A model generated the notes under the pieces. That model ran no database searches and was not told the DNA's origin. It saw only the letters and a program-made list of their open reading frames with translations. A program made the position numbers and the translations under genes. From Epibacterium sp. (GTDB lineage: Bacteria > Pseudomonadota > Alphaproteobacteria > Rhodobacterales > Rhodobacteraceae), in contig JBLXDQ010000004.1 of NCBI GenBank assembly GCA_048263945.1, forward strand, positions 229,975 to 293,974: 64,000 bases of DNA, written 5' to 3'. Shown here piece after piece: positions 57,140-64,000 of the stretch (position 1 is its first letter; each line of letters begins with the position of its first letter).

Positions 57140-57720
57140 GGGGCGCGTTTTAACAGACGTATCGGTTCTGGCCATGGGGTCAATTGATCGCCCGCGATCT
57201 CGACCACAAAGAGGCGGTTGCGTTTGATCTGAAACGGGGCGGGGCTGTCGAAGTTCCAGCCATAGGCGCGGGCAAGGATCATCCGCATGATGCCGATATG
57301 GCAGACGGCGACGGTGTCGCGGGTGAGGATGGCGATCCAAGGGGCGATGCGGGTCCAGACCTCCGCCGGGCTCTCGCCGCCGGGGGGGCGGTAGTCCCAG
57401 CCCCACTGTTCGATGTCGCGAAAGCCAGAGGTCGGATCGGCGCGCAAGGTGATGCCGTGCTGGCCTTCCCAATCGCCCCAGTTCATCTCGATCAGGGCCT
57501 TGGTGGTCTGGGGCTCTTGGTCGGTGATCAGTCGAGCGGTCTCTGCCGCGCGCAATAGTGGGCTCGACCAGAGGTGGGCACCGCGCCAACCCTCGGGCAA
57601 GCATTGGGCGGCAAGTTCGGCGCGGGCGGCGGCGTCAAGCGGGATATCGCTGCGCCCCTGGATGCGGCCTGCGCGGTTCCATTCGGTATGGCCATGGCGC
57701 AAGAGGGCGAGGCGGATCAC
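57136..57720 (-). CDS. Histidine phosphatase (phosphoglycerate mutase-like) family protein
   Basis: GTG start; LRHGHT (RHG), SSPLLRA, EMNWGDWEG, GESP, VCHIG. Confidence 0.88.
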   Translation of the reverse strand: MIRLALLRHGHTEWNRAGRIQGRSDIPLDAAARAELAAQCLPEGWRGAHLWSSPLLRAAETARLITDQEPQTTKALIEMNWGDWEGQHGITLRADPTSGFRDIEQWGWDYRPPGGESPAEVWTRIAPWIAILTRDTVAVCHIGIMRMILARAYGWNFDSPAPFQIKRNRLFVVEIAGDQLTPWPEPIRLLKRAP

Positions 57721-58811
57721 GCAGAGCGCTCCAGCAGCGGCGTCAGCGCAGCCCAAAGCGTGGCGCGGGCGGCGGGGCGCAGGTGGCGCGTGGCGATATG
57801 ATCGCGCACCCGCCGTCCGAGAGCTTCGCGTTCATCCGCACTGTCGCGCAGGCGTGCCACCGCTGCCGCAAGCGCCTTGGCGCCGGCTTCGGGGGGCGGG
57901 TAGTCGCCGGGCAAGAGCACGTCGCGCAGGCCGGGACGGTCTTGCGCCACCACCGGCAGGCCGTGGGCCTGCGCCTCAAGGTAGACCATGCCGTAAGCCT
58001 CGTTCACACCGGGCCAGAGGAACAGCGAGGCGCGCTGATAGGCCGCCGCCAAGCCCTCGGCATCGAGCTGACCGAGGAAGGTCACGCGCCCCTCATAGGG
58101 TGCCACAAGCGCCTCCACCTCGGCGCGCGCGGGGCCGTCGCCCGCGATCTCGAGGTGCCAGTCGACCGCGCGCTCTGCCTCGGCGTCGAGATGGCGCAGC
58201 GTCTCGGCGATGAGGGCATAGGAGGCCAGCTTGTCGCCTTGCCGCATCATGCCCACCGCCAGCATAGGCCCCTGCAGCGCACTCGGCTCGGGCAGATCGG
58301 CGCGCGGCAGATAGGGGCGCAGATGCACCAGTTGTTGGCCCTCGGCGCGGTCACGCTCCAGCGTCTCGCGGTCTTGGTCGGTCAGATAGAAGATCACCGC
58401 CGCCTGATCGGCCGCCGCATGGGCCGCTTGTGCGAAATCCGACCAAGGCCCGATCAGTCGCTTGCTCGCACGGGTGCTTTCAATCTGCACGTAAGGGATA
58501 TCCCGCGCGGCCGCCACTTCGGGGCCGATCAGATCGGGGGCCTTGTAGTAATTGTGATAGCTGACCCAGAGGTCGATCTCCGGCAGCTCTTCCAGCAGGC
58601 GTCCCACCTCGCGCGAGGCGCGTTGTTGCAACAATGCCTGCTGGTCGCGGTCGCCCAAGGGTTCGTGCAGGCGCAGCTCAGAGGCCAGCACCACATCCGC
58701 ATCCTCTGCCAGAAGCGCCATCAGGCTCTGCGCCATGGCGCGATCACCGGAGGGGGTCGGATGGGTCGGGGCCTTCATCGGCGCGTAAAAGGCAATCCTC
58801 GGGCGGCTCAT
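57717..58811 (-). CDS. Glycosyltransferase family 4
   Basis: RIAFYAPMK.P.HP.PSGDR, YHNYYKAPD, GMMRQGDK and EAYGMVYLEA (E-x7-E). Confidence 0.85.
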   Translation of the reverse strand: MSRPRIAFYAPMKAPTHPTPSGDRAMAQSLMALLAEDADVVLASELRLHEPLGDRDQQALLQQRASREVGRLLEELPEIDLWVSYHNYYKAPDLIGPEVAAARDIPYVQIESTRASKRLIGPWSDFAQAAHAAADQAAVIFYLTDQDRETLERDRAEGQQLVHLRPYLPRADLPEPSALQGPMLAVGMMRQGDKLASYALIAETLRHLDAEAERAVDWHLEIAGDGPARAEVEALVAPYEGRVTFLGQLDAEGLAAAYQRASLFLWPGVNEAYGMVYLEAQAHGLPVVAQDRPGLRDVLLPGDYPPPEAGAKALAAAVARLRDSADEREALGRRVRDHIATRHLRPAARATLWAALTPLLERSA

Positions 58812-60055
58812 GCGGGCTCCTTTAGCATCGCGGTCAGGCGCGCGTTCAGCTGTGCGATGCCGGGCGCCATGCCAAAATCGGCGCGCAAGCGGTGGAGCGC
58901 GGCCTTGGCCATGGATCTAGCCCCTTCGGGGTCCTGCGCAAGGTGCAGCATCGCGGCGGCCAGCGCCTCGGGCGCGTCCTCGGACAAAAGCCCATGGGTG
59001 CCGCTCTCGATGAACTCCGGGATGGCGGAGACCGGGGTGGAGAGGATCGGCAGGCCCTGCGAGGCGGCCTCCATCAGCACATTGGGCAGCCCGTCGCGGT
59101 CACCATCCGCCGCCACCCGCGAGGGCAGCACAAAGAGGTCGGCGGCGCGCATCGCGGCGATCACCTCAGGCTGATCACAAGCGCCGCGCCAGGTGATGCG
59201 AGGGGCGACACCGGAGTCCTCGGCCATGCCTTGCAGCAGATCGCCAAGGCCGCCGCCACCGATATGGGTCCAGTGCCAGTCGAGATCCGCAGGCAGCAGC
59301 GCCAGCGCGGCGATCAGCCGATCAAAGCCCTTTTTCTCCACCAGACGCCCCACCGACATCATGTGGAACGGGTCTTGTGGTGCGCGGAGTTTACGCTCTG
59401 GCGGGGAGGGAAAGCGGCTGAGGTCGAGCCCGTGGTAGATCAGATCGACCGGGGTGCCTTGGGCCAAATCCTGCAGGTGCTTGGCGCCAAACCCGGTGCA
59501 GGTGGCACCAAAACAGGCGCCATGGCTTTGGTCGGAGAGCTTTTCGCGCAGCTCCCAATCGGGCGAGGTCCAGATGTCCTTGGCATGGGCAGAAAAGCTC
59601 CACGGCAGGTCGCGCATGATGGCGGCATAGCGCGCAACCGAGGCCGGAGTGTGCAGGAAATGCGCGTAAAGGCCGCGCACCTCGGGCGGCAGTTCGGCGG
59701 CCAGCACGCAGGCCTGACCAAAGCGGCGGATGCGGTTGTGGGTCGGATCGCGGCGCAGGTCTGCCCGCCAGATGCGGTAGGCCTCGGCATAGCCCGGCAG
59801 GCGCTGCGCGATGTGGCGCGCGCGATCTAGGCGGGCGGGGTCGTCGTAGAGGTATTCCGGCAGATAATGCACCGGTGCCTGTAGCCTGTCGTGCAGCGGA
59901 TGCGTCTTTTTGTCGGTCGGATGGCGCAGCGACCAGATTTCAAACGGCTGGCCAGCTTCTTCCAGAGCGACGAGTTCCTGCGCAATGAAGGTTTCGGACA
60001 GGCGCGGCCAGCCCTTGACCAGAACCGCCAGCGCGGGCCGCGCGGATGATGTCAT
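58808..60055 (-). CDS. Glycosyltransferase family 4
   Basis: Start MTSSAR at 60055; KGWPRLSETFI, AHFLHTP, SAHAKDIW, VGRLVEKKG, DRDGLPNVLMEA. Confidence 0.88.
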   Translation of the reverse strand: MTSSARPALAVLVKGWPRLSETFIAQELVALEEAGQPFEIWSLRHPTDKKTHPLHDRLQAPVHYLPEYLYDDPARLDRARHIAQRLPGYAEAYRIWRADLRRDPTHNRIRRFGQACVLAAELPPEVRGLYAHFLHTPASVARYAAIMRDLPWSFSAHAKDIWTSPDWELREKLSDQSHGACFGATCTGFGAKHLQDLAQGTPVDLIYHGLDLSRFPSPPERKLRAPQDPFHMMSVGRLVEKKGFDRLIAALALLPADLDWHWTHIGGGGLGDLLQGMAEDSGVAPRITWRGACDQPEVIAAMRAADLFVLPSRVAADGDRDGLPNVLMEAASQGLPILSTPVSAIPEFIESGTHGLLSEDAPEALAAAMLHLAQDPEGARSMAKAALHRLRADFGMAPGIAQLNARLTAMLKEPA

Positions 60056-61272
60056 TCTGCCGCCTCGCGCGGGAGTTGCTGCAGCAGGCTGTTGACGCGG
60101 GTGGTCACGTAATCGAGCCCGTCCAACAAGCCGTCGGAAATGGCTTTCGAGGGGTTTGGCTGTCGGTCTAGCGCGCGAATGGCGCCGATCATCGCCTCCG
60201 GCGTCCAGCCGTCGCGGGTTTCGTCCAGCATGGTCACAAGGCCCAGTTCCTCGGCGCGGCTGGCGCGAATCCATTGCTCGAGCCGGGGCGAGGTGCGCGG
60301 AACGATCACGGCAGGTTTGTCAAAGGATAGAACCTCGCAGAATGTGTTGTAACCGCCCATGCAGATAACCCCCTGTGCGCCGGCAAAGAGGGTTTCGATC
60401 TGGCTCTCGAACCCCACAGCGGTCACCCGGCCATCCAGTTTCGCCACCCGCTCTTCAAAGGCGGCGCGGGTCTCGCCCGACAAGAAGGGGCCGTAGACCA
60501 GCATAGCACGGGGCGCGAGGCTTGGGTCCTGTTCATAGGCGGACAGGGCCAGATCCACCATCATGGCACCATCGCCACCGCCGCCCGGGGTGATCAGCAC
60601 ATAGGGTTGTTTCGGCGGCGGGCCGACTTCGCCCAGGTCCCGGCGCAAATAGCCGGTCCAATGCATCCGCTCTTGTGCGGCTTTGGAGAGGGCGAGACCT
60701 GCGGTGGGATCGTAGATGGAGCGCAGCCCATAGACCCAGATTTCGTCATAAAACTGTTCGGCAGCCTTCAGCGCGCCTTTGCGATCCCATTCGGCGCGCA
60801 GCACTTCGGGTTCGTCCAAAACGTCGCGCAGGCCGAGCACCAGTCGCGCTTTGCCGCGCTCTTGCAGCATCTCGAGTGTCGGCACCAATTCGCCACGAAA
60901 GCCGGTCGGCTCTTTGTCGACGATCAAAACATCAGGGTCGAATTGCTCGGCGGTGGAGCGGATTAGAGCGGCGCGCATCTCGGTGGTTTCTTCGATGCTC
61001 ATGCCCATCGTGCGGCTTGCATAAGAGCCGTCGGCGCGTTTGATGACACCGGGCAGGCGCATATGGTCGACCCGGTTGGGAAAGGCAAAGCGGCCCGCAA
61101 CCGGAGAGCCGGTCAGGATCATCGCTGAGGCCTTCGGGTCCGCAGAGGTCAGGGCCGCCGCCAGCGCGCGGGATCGCCGCAGATGACCAAGTCCAAAGGT
61201 GTCGTGGCTGTAGAACAGAATGCGAGGTCCGCGGGCCGAGGGGCCCATGCCTGGGGTGGTGCTGGCGCTCAT
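60052..61272 (-). CDS. GT-B glycosyltransferase (GT28 C-terminal-like)
   Basis: Start MSAST at 61272; FYSHDTFGLGHLRR, VDKEP, GLRDVLD, TGYL, TPGGGGDG, MGGYNTFCE, PR...RLEQ.IRA. Confidence 0.82.
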   Translation of the reverse strand: MSASTTPGMGPSARGPRILFYSHDTFGLGHLRRSRALAAALTSADPKASAMILTGSPVAGRFAFPNRVDHMRLPGVIKRADGSYASRTMGMSIEETTEMRAALIRSTAEQFDPDVLIVDKEPTGFRGELVPTLEMLQERGKARLVLGLRDVLDEPEVLRAEWDRKGALKAAEQFYDEIWVYGLRSIYDPTAGLALSKAAQERMHWTGYLRRDLGEVGPPPKQPYVLITPGGGGDGAMMVDLALSAYEQDPSLAPRAMLVYGPFLSGETRAAFEERVAKLDGRVTAVGFESQIETLFAGAQGVICMGGYNTFCEVLSFDKPAVIVPRTSPRLEQWIRASRAEELGLVTMLDETRDGWTPEAMIGAIRALDRQPNPSKAISDGLLDGLDYVTTRVNSLLQQLPREAAE

Positions 61273-61695
61273 GCGGGGGCTCGCTTGCTTTGGTCGAGAG
61301 GGGCGACGGAGAGGGGAGATGAGGCGCAAGGAATGAGGCCGGATGCCCGACCTTGCGAGAGGCCCGGTGTCTGATACGACAGGGGGCATGTGCAGCGCCT
61401 GGATCGGGTGGCGCTTTGCGTCTTGGCCATATTCCGCCCCAACGTCCCTGCGGGCGCGCTCCCATTTTGGTTGAACGCGTCCGGATTTCCCATTTCCTCC
61501 GCCCGGTTTTCGCTATGGCTGCGCGGACACGCGGGGCCAGTAACGCGGGCTGTTAAACATCCGTGATATAGCCTGCGCGGCAAGGTCATGCAATCAAACC
61601 CATAAGGTCGCGAGGCGATCAAGCGGCGAAAATCGACATTTGGGCATCGTTTTGGCATATGCTGGCGGGAAAATGCCAAGAGGGAAGGAAAGCCT

Positions 61696-64000
61696 GTGCG
61701 GGGTCTGACACTGGTTCTGCGGCTATGGATGGCCGTGTTTGCACTGAGTCTTTTGACTGCGATCTTCCCGGTGGCGCCGGGTCTGGCGCAGAGTGCGGCG
61801 GCGGATGGTGCGTCCCCGGCGCCGGGGGAGGGGGACACTGTGCCGCAGGCCGGAGCAGAGGCGCTGGCCGCAGCCATCCGACACGCGGCGGAGGCTGGCG
61901 TTGGCGTGGTGATCCTGGATGCGCGCGGGCAGGTCGTCTCGGCTGAGGGTGCGATACCGCAAGCCGGGGCTAGAGAGGCCGCAACTCCCACCCATTCAGA
62001 TGGTGGGGGTATGACGGAGCATCAGGCTGCGTTGATGGGCGGTGCGTCCTCTATGATGAAGGCGCAATCCGAGGTGCGCGAGTTTCGATCCAAGCTGAAA
62101 GAGCGTTTGGAGATCCTGCCCAATTCGCTGATCGAGATGACCTATATCCTGCGGGCCACCAGCCCGGATGGCCGGATTATGACCTATGTGCAGGTCTTGG
62201 TCGTCACCACCATCCTGCTGCTGATCGGGCGCTGGCTGTCGGGGGAGATCTATGGCAAGCGATGGGTCAAGACATTCGTCACCAGTCGCATCGTCGACCG
62301 TCCCGAAGGCTATGCGGGCAAGATGCCTTTTCTGTTCATTCGCTTCGTGGCCGGGGTGGGGGCGACGCTCTTTGCGATGATCTTGTCGGTGCTGATCACC
62401 CTTTTGGTCTTTGGCCCCTCCGGCGATGTGTCGATCGAGTTCACTTCGCTTGCGATCTATACGACCTTCTTTGCGGCTAAGACGATCTCGGATTTGTGGC
62501 GCATGGTGCTGTCGCCCTATCTGCGCCAATACCGCATCCCACATCTGTCCGACCGCGATGCGCGCAGGCTCTATCTCTGGCTGTCGAGCCTTGCGACCTT
62601 TGATATCGCGGCTGTGATGTTTTCGACCTGGGTCCAAGACTTCGGGCTGAACTACAATATGTACGCGCTGACCTATGGCCTCTTGATGCTGGCCTCCTCG
62701 CTGGCCGGGATTCTTTTGGTTCTGGTCAATGCACGCGCTATCAGCGGGGCGATCTGCGACAAGAGCAACGGGCGCGTGGTGGCCTGGCCGAACCGGATCC
62801 TGTCGTGGATTTGGGCGCCGATGGTGATTGCCTATATCGTCTTTGGCTGGCTGGCTCTGGCCTTTGACCTCGTGTTGGAGCGCCCAAGTCCGGTGCCGCC
62901 GAACATCGGGCTCTTTGCCGTTCTGACCTCGATTATCGTGGTCTACGGGCTGATCAACTACGTGATCGAGCAGTTCTTCTCGCGCCCTGTGCGCAGAGTG
63001 CCCAAGCCAGAAGAGGCAGAGGCGGAGACAAAGCCGACGCGAGCTGCGCATCCGATCGCCACCTACAAGGATTTGGCACGCCGAGCGGCAGGTATTCTGG
63101 CCTTTTACGGCGGTTCGATGGCCCTGATCTATGTCTGGGATCCGGAGTTCGCGATCGAGCAGGACACAGTGCCGGACCGTATCGTGGATGTGCTGGTGAT
63201 CCTCTTTATCGGCTATCTGGTTTTCCACGTTGCGCGGATCTGGATTGATAGCAAGATCGAGGAAGAAGAGAGCGATACCGAGGTCGAAGGCGAGTTGGGC
63301 GACGAAGGCGGGGGCGCGAGCGCAAGCCGCTTGGCGACCCTCCTGCCGCTGTTCCGAGGGGCCATTCTTGCGGTGGTGATCGTGAGCATCATCCTCATCG
63401 TGCTGATGGAGCTGGGCATCAACGTGAGCCCGCTCTTTGCTGGCGCCGGCGTTGTGGGGCTGGCGGTTGGGTTCGGCTCGCAGACCCTGGTGCGGGATAT
63501 CTTCTCCGGCGCCTTCTTCCTGATCGATGATGCGTTTCGGCGCGGCGAGTATATCGACATCGGTAGCGTCAAAGGGACGGTGGAGAAGATCTCGGTGCGC
63601 TCCTTCCAGCTGCGGCACCATCTGGGTGCGCTGCACACCATCCCCTTTGGCGAAATCCAGGTGCTGACCAACTATTCGCGCGATTGGGTGATCATGAAGC
63701 TGCCCTTGCGGGTGACCTATGACACGGATGTGGAAAAGGTGCGCAAGTTGGTGAAGAAGCTGGGCCAAGAGCTGCTCGATGATCCGGTGATCGGTCACAA
63801 CTTTATCCAGCCGTTGAAGTCGCAGGGTGTGATCGAAATGCAGGATTCCGCGATGATCATCCGGGTGAAGTTCATGACCAAACCGGGCGATCAATGGCTG
63901 GTGCGCAAAAAGGTGTTTGAGGAAATCCGAGCGCTGTTTCATCGCGAAGGGATCAAATTTGCTCATCGCGAGGTGACAGTGCGTGTGGTCGATGACAGCA
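61696..64000 (+). CDS. Large MscS-family mechanosensitive channel (3' end beyond the window)
   Basis: Hand-translated open frame from GTG 61696 to the window end (over 768 codons): signal peptide, periplasmic region, multiple TMs, then AGAGVVGLAVGFGSQTLVRDIFSG, FRRGEYID, GTVEKISVRS and IPFGEI..LTNYSRDW. Absent from the ORF track because there is no stop in the window. Confidence 0.88.
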   Translation, partial: MRGLTLVLRLWMAVFALSLLTAIFPVAPGLAQSAAADGASPAPGEGDTVPQAGAEALAAAIRHAAEAGVGVVILDARGQVVSAEGAIPQAGAREAATPTHSDGGGMTEHQAALMGGASSMMKAQSEVREFRSKLKERLEILPNSLIEMTYILRATSPDGRIMTYVQVLVVTTILLLIGRWLSGEIYGKRWVKTFVTSRIVDRPEGYAGKMPFLFIRFVAGVGATLFAMILSVLITLLVFGPSGDVSIEFTSLAIYTTFFAAKTISDLWRMVLSPYLRQYRIPHLSDRDARRLYLWLSSLATFDIAAVMFSTWVQDFGLNYNMYALTYGLLMLASSLAGILLVLVNARAISGAICDKSNGRVVAWPNRILSWIWAPMVIAYIVFGWLALAFDLVLERPSPVPPNIGLFAVLTSIIVVYGLINYVIEQFFSRPVRRVPKPEEAEAETKPTRAAHPIATYKDLARRAAGILAFYGGSMALIYVWDPEFAIEQDTVPDRIVDVLVILFIGYLVFHVARIWIDSKIEEEESDTEVEGELGDEGGGASASRLATLLPLFRGAILAVVIVSIILIVLMELGINVSPLFAGAGVVGLAVGFGSQTLVRDIFSGAFFLIDDAFRRGEYIDIGSVKGTVEKISVRSFQLRHHLGALHTIPFGEIQVLTNYSRDWVIMKLPLRVTYDTDVEKVRKLVKKLGQELLDDPVIGHNFIQPLKSQGVIEMQDSAMIIRVKFMTKPGDQWLVRKKVFEEIRALFHREGIKFAHREVTVRVVDDS

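Noticed and set aside
61640-61680. Possible sigma54 promoter at TTGGCATATGCTGGC upstream of mscS
   Set aside because: GG-to-GC spacing does not fit the -24/-12 consensus on either strand.
1-64000. tRNA, rRNA, riboswitch, prophage or IS elements
   Set aside because: No cloverleaf or rRNA-like sequence, recognisable riboswitch core, phage gene or transposase ORF was seen; small RNAs could be missed by eye.

Overview
High-GC chromosomal segment of a Rhodobacteraceae (roseobacter-group-like) alphaproteobacterium, judged from gene content and order. No rRNA, tRNA, CRISPR array, integrase, transposase or prophage gene was recognised. 0-13.8 kb is core-type: AHL-type LuxR with no adjacent luxI, RecD-like helicase, SDR, TSUP/TIGR02186 pair, BMP-family ABC transporter, rimI-tsaB-nfuA-usp and a class IV aminotransferase. 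13.9-17.8 kb is paaABCDE. 18-37.6 kb is an accessory catabolic block. It starts with atuA, an acyl-CoA carboxyltransferase and a biotin-carboxylase/BCCP subunit whose catalytic residues are degenerate while the biotinyl lysine is kept. It continues with GntR, class I glutamine amidotransferase, cytochrome P450, GS-like ligase, FkbM methyltransferase, class III aminotransferase, IclR, a TTT transporter, PuuC-like ALDH, a UPF0261/Tm-1-like protein and a hotdog thioesterase. rpe and an SDR/LysR pair follow. 40.4-54.5 kb is a phosphonate transport and C-P lyase region with a corA inserted between phnK and phnL and an inverted DUF1045. 54.7-61.3 kb is a tightly coupled 7-gene operon (4 glycosyltransferases, histidine phosphatase, deacetylase-like protein, methyltransferase), divergent from a large MscS-family gene that runs off the window. 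Many intergenic gaps hold modular GC-rich hairpin (REP/MITE-like) elements. The best candidates for undescribed biology are the pseudo-biotin-carboxylase module, the P450 plus gamma-glutamylation amine pathway, and the glycosyltransferase/MscS operon. All functional calls come from motif recognition by eye; no database searches were run.
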